A stretch of 64,000 bases of DNA from Candidatus Hermodarchaeota archaeon (GTDB lineage: Archaea > Asgardarchaeota > Thorarchaeia > Thorarchaeales > Thorarchaeaceae): contig JBHLLF010000002.1 of NCBI GenBank assembly GCA_048885865.1, positions 32,001-96,000 of the forward strand. Reading direction: 5' to 3'. Every line of letters starts with the position of its first letter. The first letter of the stretch is position 1. Under the pieces are notes generated by a model, which made no database searches, was not told where the DNA came from, and saw only the letters and a list, made by a program, of their open reading frames with translations. This document shows, piece by piece, positions 48,757-58,131 of the stretch. The translations under genes were made by a program, and so were the position numbers.

Positions 48757-49499
48757 ATATTGGTGATCGCGGGTACAATATCGGATGCCCTACCTCGAAG
48801 TACTAGGTCGGCTATGTGATCTTTATTCGTACCTGTCAGATTGATGATTATGATCTTTGCTCCTTCATTCTTAGCCAATTGCGGAAGAAACGCAACTGGG
48901 AAGACTGTCAGGCTTGCACCGATGACTAGCATCAGGTCCGCAGAACGGCACATTTCTATTGCTTCTTGCATTGGAGTTTCTGGTAGGGGCTCACCAAACA
49001 GGATCGCTTCAGACTTCAGGACTCCACCACATTGGTCGCATATTGGCGGAATCTCGCCCTCCGCCACACGTCGATGAATGTCTTCACCAATGTATTGCAT
49101 TGAACAGTTCATGCAATACGCGCGTAGATAATTGCCATGTAGCTCTATGACTTTCTTGCTTCCTGCTAACTGATGTAGGTTGTCGATGTTCGATGTGATT
49201 ATACCACTAAGCTTGCCAGTTTCTTCTAGTTTTGCTAGTCCTTTGTGGGCGGCATTGGGCTCCGCTTTTAGAATTACATCAGCAAGTTCTTGTCCCATCT
49301 GCCAGAATTTCTCAGGATTCCTTAGGAATGAATCATAGGTGGCATATTCGTGAGGGTCGTATCTTTCCCAGAGCCCACCCTCTGAGCGGAAATCTGGGAT
49401 TCCTGAATCAACACTAATCCCCGCACCGGTAAGTGCAACAATGCGTTCTCCCTTTTTGATATACTCAATTGCTTGTCTGAGGTCTTCCTCGCTTGCCAT
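48753..49499 (-). CDS. cobB: NAD-dependent protein deacylase (sirtuin)
   Basis: GAGISVDSGIPDFR, NIDNLH, ELHG, two CxxC motifs, FGE. Confidence 0.93.
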   Translation of the reverse strand: MASEEDLRQAIEYIKKGERIVALTGAGISVDSGIPDFRSEGGLWERYDPHEYATYDSFLRNPEKFWQMGQELADVILKAEPNAAHKGLAKLEETGKLSGIITSNIDNLHQLAGSKKVIELHGNYLRAYCMNCSMQYIGEDIHRRVAEGEIPPICDQCGGVLKSEAILFGEPLPETPMQEAIEMCRSADLMLVIGASLTVFPVAFLPQLAKNEGAKIIIINLTGTNKDHIADLVLRGRASDIVPAITNI

Positions 49500-49673
49500 G
49501 TCAGTTTCTCCAATCTCCTACCTAAAAGGCGTTTTCGGTCAGTTCGAAAAGTTTTTCTTTGAAGATAGAAAGAGCGCCGACAGCCGGGGTGAGGTATAGA
49601 CGATTCTATCTATTCCCTCAAGGTTTGAGACCCCACAAGCATCTGTTTACATTAAGGAGCAAGCAATTGATAG

Positions 49674-50297
49674 GTGGAACTGCTAAGAATGCAGAACGAG
49701 CGTGATGATGAGTCAATAGAGGTTGATATGACCACTGAAGACGAAGATGAGGACTTTGAGCTAATTCCTACTTCAGATGCTGATGAGATTGAGCGAGCGA
49801 GTCTGAAATCGGAGGAGCTTCTAGACAAATTTCAGCGTTTGCAGGCTGAATTTGACAATTACCGCAAGCGGATGGAGAGCCGCTTTAGTGAGGCTGCGAA
49901 ATTCGCTTCTGAAGGGATCCTACTAAAAGTTCTTGAGGTCTATGATAATCTTGAACGAGCGCTCGAAGTAGACTTCTCTAAGAATCCCAATGCCGCAAAG
50001 GAAGGTGTTGGCGCAATAGAGAAGCAAGTCAGGAACCTACTGGAAAAGGAAGGTGTTAAGCCCAAAGAATCCATGGGAATGCCTTTTGATCCCTACTACC
50101 AACATGCTGTGGGGACTATGAACGATGCTGACAGGCCTGATGGACTCGTTGTAGATGTATTCCAGAAAGGATACATGCTCAAGGAGAAAGTGCTGAGGCC
50201 CGCGCTCGTTGTTGTGAACCGGCATGAAATCCCTCTAGAATCTGAGGGTCAAGATAAAGCGGATGATGAAGAATCAGAAGCTGAAGGTGATGAATGA
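49674..50297 (+). CDS. grpE: Nucleotide exchange factor GrpE
   Basis: [30 protein letters not shown]. Confidence 0.95.
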   Translation: MELLRMQNERDDESIEVDMTTEDEDEDFELIPTSDADEIERASLKSEELLDKFQRLQAEFDNYRKRMESRFSEAAKFASEGILLKVLEVYDNLERALEVDFSKNPNAAKEGVGAIEKQVRNLLEKEGVKPKESMGMPFDPYYQHAVGTMNDADRPDGLVVDVFQKGYMLKEKVLRPALVVVNRHEIPLESEGQDKADDEESEAEGDE

Positions 50298-52159
50298 TGG
50301 CGAAAGTTGTTGGAATTGATCTTGGAACGACAAACAGTGGCATTGCATATATGGAGGCTGGAAAGCCAACCATTATTCCAAATGCAGAGGGAGGTCGATT
50401 GACTCCTTCAGTTGTAGGGATTACCCCGAAAGGTGAGATTGTAGTAGGCGAGCTTGCAAAACGCCAGTCTGTTTCAATGCCAGAACGTACTGTGCGATCC
50501 ATCAAGCGCAAAATGGGACAAGACTACAAGGTCAAGATTGGCGACAAGGAGTATTCCCCTCAAGAAATCTCGGCTATGATTCTCACAAAGATGAAGAAGG
50601 ATGCTGAAGCATTCCTTGGCGAGTCTATTCAGCGAGCTGTAATTACAGTCCCAGCCTATTTCAATGACAGTCAGAGACAAGCCACAAAGGACGCTGGTAG
50701 AATAGCAGGACTTGAGGTCCTTCGTATTGTTAATGAACCAACAGCATCCGCATTGGCTTATAATCTCGACAAAGGCGAAGAAATCAACGTTCTTGTATAT
50801 GACTTGGGGGGCGGCACTTTTGATGTATCCATTCTTGATATCGGAGAGGATGTCTACAAGGTGCTTTCAACCAGCGGAAACACCCAACTTGGTGGTGACG
50901 ACTGGGACAAGCGCATAATTGATTGGGTCGTTGAAGATTTCAACAAGAAAACTGGTATGGATATTACAAAGGACCTCTCTGCAATGCAGAGAATAAGGGA
51001 CGCAGCCGAACAGGCAAAGATTGAGCTGTCTACTGTCAAAAAGACAACGATTAACTTGCCCTATATCACAGCTGATCAGAGTGGCCCGAAGCATATTGAC
51101 ATAGAAATAACTCGGTCGCAATTTGAGAAGATGACTGATGATTTAGTGCAAGCTACCATTGGTCCTATTCGTCAAGCCCTGTCAGATGCAAAGATGGAAG
51201 CTGAGCAAGTTGACAAGATTCTGCTTGTTGGAGGCGCAACCCGAATGCCGATGATTCAGGAAGCCGTACGCGCAATTTTCGGGAAAGAAGGCGATAAGAG
51301 TATCAATCCGGACGAGGTTGTCGCACTAGGGGCTGGAGCACAGGCTGGTGTCATTTCTGGTGAAACTGATATCCTACTTCTTGATGTCACTCCACTTACG
51401 CTCAGCATTGAAACTCTAGGAGGTGTGGCTACTCCTCTTATCGAAAGAAACACCACAATCCCCACAAGGAAGAGCAAGAAATTCACCACAGCTGCCAACA
51501 ACCAGCCTGCCGTTGATATCCATGTTACACAAGGAGAGCGCCCTATGTCGAAAGACAACATGACGCTAGGTCGGTTTCAGCTTGTTGGCATTCCTCCTGC
51601 GCCACGCGGCATTCCTCAGATTGAAGTGACATTTGATATCAATGCTGATGGAATTGTCCAAGTCACAGCAAAAGACTTGGCAACAGGTAACGAGCAGTCT
51701 ATTGAGATCACAGCGACTACCAATCTCTCTGAAAACGATGTGAGCCGTATGGTAAAAGAGGCCGAAGAATATGCAGAAGAAGACGCCAAACGTAAGGCAC
51801 AGGCAGATACTCTGAACGCGGCTGACCAAATTATATGGCAAGGTGAGAAACTGGTTAGAGACCTCGGAGACAAAGTCCCTGAAGACTTAAAGAAGGAACT
51901 GGAGTCCAAATCAGAAGACCTCAGAAAAGCCATTGAATCTGAGGACTATGACAAGATGAAGTCTGGTACCGAGGAAGTGCAACAGGTACTATACAAGATT
52001 TCAGAGAAGGTCTATGGACAACAGGGACCTGGAGCAGCGGGGTTCGATCCGAGCCAGATGGGAGCGGCCTTCAGCCAGCAGCCAGCTGGTGGAACTACTG
52101 AAAAGACTGAAGATGACGCTGAAGATGTCGTCGATGTAGACTTCGAGGATCTCGATTAA
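50294..52159 (+). CDS. dnaK: Chaperone DnaK (Hsp70)
   Basis: [35 protein letters not shown]. Confidence 0.99.
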   Translation: MMAKVVGIDLGTTNSGIAYMEAGKPTIIPNAEGGRLTPSVVGITPKGEIVVGELAKRQSVSMPERTVRSIKRKMGQDYKVKIGDKEYSPQEISAMILTKMKKDAEAFLGESIQRAVITVPAYFNDSQRQATKDAGRIAGLEVLRIVNEPTASALAYNLDKGEEINVLVYDLGGGTFDVSILDIGEDVYKVLSTSGNTQLGGDDWDKRIIDWVVEDFNKKTGMDITKDLSAMQRIRDAAEQAKIELSTVKKTTINLPYITADQSGPKHIDIEITRSQFEKMTDDLVQATIGPIRQALSDAKMEAEQVDKILLVGGATRMPMIQEAVRAIFGKEGDKSINPDEVVALGAGAQAGVISGETDILLLDVTPLTLSIETLGGVATPLIERNTTIPTRKSKKFTTAANNQPAVDIHVTQGERPMSKDNMTLGRFQLVGIPPAPRGIPQIEVTFDINADGIVQVTAKDLATGNEQSIEITATTNLSENDVSRMVKEAEEYAEEDAKRKAQADTLNAADQIIWQGEKLVRDLGDKVPEDLKKELESKSEDLRKAIESEDYDKMKSGTEEVQQVLYKISEKVYGQQGPGAAGFDPSQMGAAFSQQPAGGTTEKTEDDAEDVVDVDFEDLD

Positions 52160-52180
52160 TATCAATAATGGTGGTACTAC

Positions 52181-53221
52181 TTGGCTTCAGATGACCTATA
52201 CGAGCGTCTTGGTGTGAGCAGGAGTGCCACTCAGGATGAAATCAAGAAGGCATATCGTAGCCTTGCCAAGAAGTATCATCCTGATAGGAATCCCGGCAAT
52301 GCCAAAGCAGAAGACATCTTGAAAGGCATAAACGAGGCGTACGAAGTCCTAAGCGATCCAGAGAAGAGAGCGAATTACGACAGATATGGCACTGCTGACT
52401 TTCAAGGCATCGACATGGGCGGCTTTGGTGATATTTTTGGTGACCTATTCAGAGGATTTGGCTTCGGCGACTTTGGCATGGGTAGACGAGGGCGTGCTGG
52501 CCCCCCTCCTGGTCAGACACTCAGACTCACAATCCCACTCACTTTCGAAGAAGCTTTCTTTGGGGTTGAGAAAGAGATAGCATTCAACAGACAGATTCAT
52601 TGTGAGACCTGCGGAGGCAGCGGTGCCAATCCTGGTTCCTCACCTAGGACATGCTCTTCTTGTAGAGGACGAGGGCAGGTAATGCGTTCAATGGGTGGGT
52701 TCATGACGGTCTCCCAGACTTGTCCCACATGCGGTGGCCAAGGTGAAGTGATAGACTCACCATGCTCTAGTTGTCGCGGTTCCGGGCTTCAAAAGGACAG
52801 GCGTGAGATCAAGATTCCTATTCCTCCCGGTGTAGAGGACGGGCAAGGCATTAGGATTCAGGGAGGAGGTAGCGCTGGACAAAGAGGCGGACCTTTTGGA
52901 GACCTCATCTTAATGTTTACAGTTGAGCCTCATGAGATTTTTGTGAGGAGGGGTCTCCATGTCTACATGGAAACTGAGATTCCATTCTCGCTTGCTGTTA
53001 TGGGTGGGGAAATGGATGTGCCGACCATGCGCGGTTTGAGCAAGATGAAGATAAGCAAAGGAACAAGGGGCGGCACAGTCCTTAGGATGAAGGGCAAGGG
53101 TGTTCAAACTGAGGAGGGTCGCTTAGGTGACCAATTGGTGAGGGTTTCGATAAAGATACCGAAGAAGCTCTCGAAAGAACAGAAAGAGTATCTGAAGAAG
53201 TTTGATGACATCTTTGACTAG
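52181..53221 (+). CDS. dnaJ: Chaperone DnaJ
   Basis: HPD J-domain, G/F region, four CxxCxGxG. Confidence 0.98.
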   Translation: MASDDLYERLGVSRSATQDEIKKAYRSLAKKYHPDRNPGNAKAEDILKGINEAYEVLSDPEKRANYDRYGTADFQGIDMGGFGDIFGDLFRGFGFGDFGMGRRGRAGPPPGQTLRLTIPLTFEEAFFGVEKEIAFNRQIHCETCGGSGANPGSSPRTCSSCRGRGQVMRSMGGFMTVSQTCPTCGGQGEVIDSPCSSCRGSGLQKDRREIKIPIPPGVEDGQGIRIQGGGSAGQRGGPFGDLILMFTVEPHEIFVRRGLHVYMETEIPFSLAVMGGEMDVPTMRGLSKMKISKGTRGGTVLRMKGKGVQTEEGRLGDQLVRVSIKIPKKLSKEQKEYLKKFDDIFD

Positions 53222-53799
53222 AACTTCAATGGCTTGCATATGCATGCTTTCATCTTTAATTCCGGGAATCTATTTGTGTTTGCTGGAGTGATAAGCCACG
53301 CTGTATCTGCGCCAAATCCAGTACCAGCAATGCAGACTACATCCTCATCAACTCTAACAAGGCCTGCATCAGCTGTCATCATTGCTATCTCTGCGCAGAC
53401 CTTAGTGCCTTGGCCGAAAGTTCGATACGCGATAGCCATCATTTCGGTCGGCGTCCATGTTCCAACATCCTTTCTGATTCCTCTAGCAACTCCTGCGAAG
53501 GCATGAGTCGTGGTAAGGAGTTTGGCTCCACTTTTCTCAATAGACATTCTTTCGGTTTCGTCAAGTTCGTTCTCATTAGGAGCTGAGAATCCGGTGTGAT
53601 GAGATACAACAATGACATCATGCTTGGAGAACCTTTTAGCTGCGGCTGCCCCAGTAGTGCCACTTGTTGTTGCTACAACTACTTTCCTAATTTCCTCGTG
53701 TTCGCTAAGGAATCCTTCAACAGCTTCGAATACTGCATTTGTGTGGTCTGATGATGCCTCATCAAAGTACAATGTCTTGATGGTCATGTTCTGGTCCAT
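53218..53799 (-). CDS. Pyruvate kinase C-terminal-like (PK_C) domain protein
   Basis: VVATTSGTTG, HHTGF, FGQGTKVCAEI, AGTGFGADTA. Confidence 0.8.
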   Translation of the reverse strand: MDQNMTIKTLYFDEASSDHTNAVFEAVEGFLSEHEEIRKVVVATTSGTTGAAAAKRFSKHDVIVVSHHTGFSAPNENELDETERMSIEKSGAKLLTTTHAFAGVARGIRKDVGTWTPTEMMAIAYRTFGQGTKVCAEIAMMTADAGLVRVDEDVVCIAGTGFGADTAWLITPANTNRFPELKMKACICKPLKF

Positions 53800-53824
53800 G
53801 ACTTCAGGGACTCTTTAGGATTGC

Positions 53825-54295
53825 CTATTTCCTCTCAAGAAATCCAAACGGTGATGATTCTCCAGCTTGCCATGCTCTGACATACCATTCAGCGATTACA
53901 AAGACTAGGAGAACTGCCAATGTGAAACCAAAATCCATTTCTCCACCAGTGTAGAAGGCAACAAGTGCGGCTGCTATGATTACTACTATCACCGCAAAAA
54001 CGAGCCTTCCAAGGACATACATGCCCTTCGATCGCTTTTCATCTAGTACCTCATCCTTTGATCCTGACTGCAGTTGCTCCTCAGCAATATCCTCAGGTTC
54101 TCCCAAGTCCTCCAATATCTCTTGAACGAGCTCCATAGGGCTCTCCGATGGGCGTGCTTCCATCTTGGAGGCAAATGACTGAAGGATGTGCTCTCTTAAA
54201 TCTTCGATAAGGTCCTCTGTTTCAAAGCCTGGAGGTAGCAATTGCTCAATCCTCTTCAGATATACTTTGATAGCTTCCTCTGCTTCTTTGTTCAT
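53825..54295 (-). CDS. HAAS/DUF1700-like membrane protein (PadR partner)
   Basis: YLKRIEQLL...DLREHI...LGEPEDIA plus two TM helices. Confidence 0.8.
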   Translation of the reverse strand: MNKEAEEAIKVYLKRIEQLLPPGFETEDLIEDLREHILQSFASKMEARPSESPMELVQEILEDLGEPEDIAEEQLQSGSKDEVLDEKRSKGMYVLGRLVFAVIVVIIAAALVAFYTGGEMDFGFTLAVLLVFVIAEWYVRAWQAGESSPFGFLERK

Positions 54296-54651
54296 TTCAA
54301 TTCCTCCAGTTTTTCAAAGATATCTCCCAGAATTGTGGACAGCCGCCTGTAGACTCTATCACCCTCACCAGTTAGGACATAGACCTTTCTTCTCGGGCCT
54401 GAATCTGATGGCTCAATTCTATCATTGAGTAGACGTTCTCGCTTAAGACGATGTAGAATTGGGTAGAGAGTTCCCTCCTTCACTTCAAGAAGTCCGTCGG
54501 TACGCTCTTCTAGCTCACGCACAATTCCATATCCATGGATGCCTTCTTCATGGCGCTTGACGATAGCTAGGACGGCGTATTGGAGAAGACCTCTTCTAAT
54601 CTCCACCTTCCAAGTGTCCTCAAAGCTGAGATTTCTCTTCGACAAGCCCAA
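54292..54651 (-). CDS. PadR family transcriptional regulator
   Basis: HGYGI, EGTLYPILHRL, RRKVYVLT; 4-bp overlap with the downstream gene. Confidence 0.92.
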   Translation of the reverse strand: MGLSKRNLSFEDTWKVEIRRGLLQYAVLAIVKRHEEGIHGYGIVRELEERTDGLLEVKEGTLYPILHRLKRERLLNDRIEPSDSGPRRKVYVLTGEGDRVYRRLSTILGDIFEKLEELK

Positions 54652-54709
54652 GCCTCACTGGCAGTGTCTAGCAAATTCTGTCCTCATGTCCTTAAGTATG
54701 TCTGTTTCA

Positions 54710-56056
54710 CTAAATGTCTCTATCAAATCTTCGGCGAAGAATCCATGCCCTGATTTCCATCCTCATATTGGAGGAATACTCTCGGGGTTCACGCAAAAAG
54801 AGATAGAGAGATGATGAAAAGAGCCGTGCTACTCCACTTATTAGAAGCATGGTGAAAACAGCGAAATATCTACTGGTTCCAAGTGATATCCAATCACCCA
54901 CAAATCCACTGAATAAGGAACCGCAGAAATACACTATTCCAGACAGGGTGTTGAAAACTGCTAAATGCGAGCCTCTTTCTTCTTCAGGAGCGACGTCATA
55001 GATGTATGCAGTGATTGAATTGAAACTGGATGCAACTGAAAATCCAGCTAGTGCATTTGCAATATAGATGATATATACATTCGTGGCAAATGCGTACAGA
55101 ATTGGCACTGAGAAGAGCATAGTCCTCCCTATCAATATAAGAGGCTTCCTGCCGATTCTATCGCTCAGCTGTCCCATTGGCATTGTGAACACAACTGTAG
55201 TGGCTGTCATGACAACAGAAGCTATTGCTATCTCAAGGTTTGAATTGCCTAGCCATTCACGTTGTACAACCATGAAGTATGGCCAAGCAACAGACATTGA
55301 GAACGAGAACATGATCGAGATTATCCAGAGTCTTCTGAAGTCCCCCGGCTGCGTAGCTATCTTTAGAAGATTAGGAAATCTAGCCTCTCCCTCCTTCTCA
55401 CGTTCTCCTTCTTTAATCGTGAGTGCGGCAATCGATGACAGAATGCCAACAATCGCTGTAAGATAGAACGGTATGTAGTAGGCTTCTCTCCAAGATTCAA
55501 CAGCGGGGAACAGGAATACGCCAAAATCCCCGAATGCTTCCCGGGCAACTGAAATTAGAAAAGGAAATCCAGCGATAAATCCTGATAGAAGCGTGGCACA
55601 CAAGGAGGCTACATTGACAACAACTCCCAGTCGACCTAGTTCAGTGCCTCGATTCTCCTCTTCCATAAGCCCTCCTAGAAAAGACTGCCAGGTGGGAATC
55701 TGCATGCTGAATAAAATTGATTGGATTCCGTAGAGCGCAATCATCTCAATGGGAGATCTAGCCCAGAGAAACATTAGTACCATAATCATGCCTGTGAAGG
55801 TGCCAAATGCTACAAACGCTTTTGCTCTACGAATTCTATCAGATAGGGCCCCCCAAGCAGGTTGAAGGGCTGTTGGGGCTGCATTTCCAACACTTCGGAA
55901 GAGTCCAAGCTGTCCTAGAGTTGCACCCATATCAATCATGTAGACTTGTAGAAATGGCTGATACATTCCAACTGCAAACTGTGTTAATGCGCCAACGGCA
56001 TAGACCTTTGGTGGAAGTTTCTTCTCAGGCAAGTACGCTTCCACCACATCTTCCAT
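54710..56056 (-). CDS. MFS transporter
   Basis: About 12 TM; GALSDRIRR and GQLSDRIGRK motif A. Confidence 0.92.
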   Translation of the reverse strand: MEDVVEAYLPEKKLPPKVYAVGALTQFAVGMYQPFLQVYMIDMGATLGQLGLFRSVGNAAPTALQPAWGALSDRIRRAKAFVAFGTFTGMIMVLMFLWARSPIEMIALYGIQSILFSMQIPTWQSFLGGLMEEENRGTELGRLGVVVNVASLCATLLSGFIAGFPFLISVAREAFGDFGVFLFPAVESWREAYYIPFYLTAIVGILSSIAALTIKEGEREKEGEARFPNLLKIATQPGDFRRLWIISIMFSFSMSVAWPYFMVVQREWLGNSNLEIAIASVVMTATTVVFTMPMGQLSDRIGRKPLILIGRTMLFSVPILYAFATNVYIIYIANALAGFSVASSFNSITAYIYDVAPEEERGSHLAVFNTLSGIVYFCGSLFSGFVGDWISLGTSRYFAVFTMLLISGVARLFSSSLYLFLREPREYSSNMRMEIRAWILRRRFDRDI

Positions 56057-56178
56057 AGTTTCACACCTTGGAGAGTCTGAAGCCAGGTGCCTTGCATTTA
56101 ACTCTAATTCTAATGACCAAGACCGTCACCGTTAATACCACTCGCGGATGTTTACTCCTCAGTTGTGGGCGTCCAAAA

Positions 56179-57288
56179 ATGCTCGAGAACAAAGTGTATA
56201 CTGAACGTATGAAGCGAGTCAAGGGATTGCTTGAAGAGCAAAATATGGACTTCGGAATTGTAACCCCCTCTGCTGCTTTCCTTTATCTGACAGGGATTCA
56301 TCGGGAGTTGTCTGAGCGGCTTATTGCACTTCTTCTTTTTCCTGATAGAGGCCCTCAAATTGTTGCTCCAGCCTTCGAGGTGTCCACCCTTGCTGAACAC
56401 ACATGGATTAAGGACATTCATCCTTGGGCTGAGGATGAAGATCCATACAGAGTTCTGGCAAGTACACTTGGTTCCATTGAGGGCGGCAAATCAATTGCTT
56501 TTGAAGAAACTCTACCACTTGGAATCTACTGGTCTTTGGAGAATGCGGTTGGGGGAATAAACGAACATGCCTCCCTCACCCCTCTGATTAATGACATGCG
56601 GGTTTCTAAAACGCAAGAAGAGCTTATGCTAATGAGAAAAGCTGGGAGGATCATCAATGATGCCGTGTCAAAAGCGTTCGCAGAAGCAGAGTTGGGAATG
56701 ACAGAACTAGAAGTGCAGCAAATGGTGAAAGCTGAGATAACCAATCTAGGAGCCGTTCCGACATTCTCTGCAATTCAGTTTGGTGAGAATAGTGCGTTGC
56801 CTCACGCATCAGCCGGTACCCGCGAGCTCAAGAGAGGCGATATGGTTCTGATGGACTGCGGATGCATCGTAGAGGGTTATAATACTGATATGACTCGGGT
56901 TGGAGTGGTTGGAAATCCATCAGACGAGCAGGAAAACATATACTCCATTGTTCTGAAAGCCCAACAGGAGGCAATTGAGCGAATAAGTGCGGGTTTGGCA
57001 TGCGGTGCAGCCGACGGAATTGCCAGAAGAGTGATTGAAGAAGCCGGCTATGGAGAATACTTCACCCATAGACTAGGGCATGGCATTGGATTAGAGGTGC
57101 ATGAGCCACCATATTTGGTGAGAGGAAACTCGACCGAGCTCAAAGCCGGAATGACCCACAGTGTTGAACCAGGTATCTATCTCGAGGGGAAATTTGGAGT
57201 AAGAATCGAAGACTTAGTCTGTGTGACAGAAAAAGACCCTGAGATTCTGACCTACATGCCTAGAGACCTGGTGATTATTGATGGCTAG
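56179..57288 (+). CDS. Xaa-Pro dipeptidase/aminopeptidase (M24B)
   Basis: PH, DCG, DMTR, HRLGHGIGLEVHE, EPGIY, GVRIED. Confidence 0.93.
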   Translation: MLENKVYTERMKRVKGLLEEQNMDFGIVTPSAAFLYLTGIHRELSERLIALLLFPDRGPQIVAPAFEVSTLAEHTWIKDIHPWAEDEDPYRVLASTLGSIEGGKSIAFEETLPLGIYWSLENAVGGINEHASLTPLINDMRVSKTQEELMLMRKAGRIINDAVSKAFAEAELGMTELEVQQMVKAEITNLGAVPTFSAIQFGENSALPHASAGTRELKRGDMVLMDCGCIVEGYNTDMTRVGVVGNPSDEQENIYSIVLKAQQEAIERISAGLACGAADGIARRVIEEAGYGEYFTHRLGHGIGLEVHEPPYLVRGNSTELKAGMTHSVEPGIYLEGKFGVRIEDLVCVTEKDPEILTYMPRDLVIIDG

Positions 57289-57956
57289 TCTGAGTCATTG
57301 TCGTTTGTAGGAGGTGCGTCTCTAGATTTTGAGAGCAGCTCCTCCATCTGCTTTCTGTCATCTTCAGACATTCTTTCCATGGCCTCAGCGGACTGTCGAA
57401 TCATCGGCTCAATGACCAGGGAGTAAGCAGCTGGTAGGGTCGTTATTGTTTCCACCCTTTCTTTGTGGTCCTGTTCTGCAATCTCCTTGGCCTCTTTGAG
57501 ACCATCCTTCGTCACCTCGCCTTGACCAACTCCAGGGCAGTTCTTGCTGCTGAGGTAGTACTTGGTTCCGTTATACTCGAGAGGAAAGGTTTTGCATGAA
57601 ATTGGACGAGCGTATCTGATAATACAGCCATTTGCATCCTCATCGAAGAAGATGCATGCGGTTCCTGCTGACTCATCCTTCAATGGTTTTCTTTTGGTTT
57701 CTATCGTCATTGGATCAGTTTCTTTCTCTGGAGGGATTATTTCTAGTCCGCCAATAATATTGGCGATATAGCCCTGTATAGTCCATCTACTAAGGTCTCC
57801 AAATGTCACGTTAACGTGAGGCCGAATGTGGCAATCACGTGTGGTGCATTTCTGCTCCAAGCATTTGAAACGGTACTTGGGGGCTGTCTTATCTTCCGCT
57901 TCTTCCTTGGTTTCTTCCTCGGCCTTCTTCTCAGTTGGCTCCTTCTCATCAGACAC
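57285..57956 (-). CDS. YkgJ-family (CxxCxxCC-like) Fe/Zn-chelating protein
   Basis: FKC...C...C, CIFF, CIIRYARPISCKTFP, CPGVG. Confidence 0.8.
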   Translation of the reverse strand: MSDEKEPTEKKAEEETKEEAEDKTAPKYRFKCLEQKCTTRDCHIRPHVNVTFGDLSRWTIQGYIANIIGGLEIIPPEKETDPMTIETKRKPLKDESAGTACIFFDEDANGCIIRYARPISCKTFPLEYNGTKYYLSSKNCPGVGQGEVTKDGLKEAKEIAEQDHKERVETITTLPAAYSLVIEPMIRQSAEAMERMSEDDRKQMEELLSKSRDAPPTNDNDSD

Positions 57957-58131
57957 AGCTTTTCACCTTTCCGTCTGAACGGCTGCTGCTGGAATCGTCA
58001 ATCTCTTAATGTTTTCGAATAAGACTACAGATAGTTTTGTGACATGCCGAAAGGTATTTTTCCCTACATGGAGGGCGCTAGTCAGCCACGAGGGAGTATG
58101 CTAACTCGGAAGGTGCTGTGGAGTCCACAAA

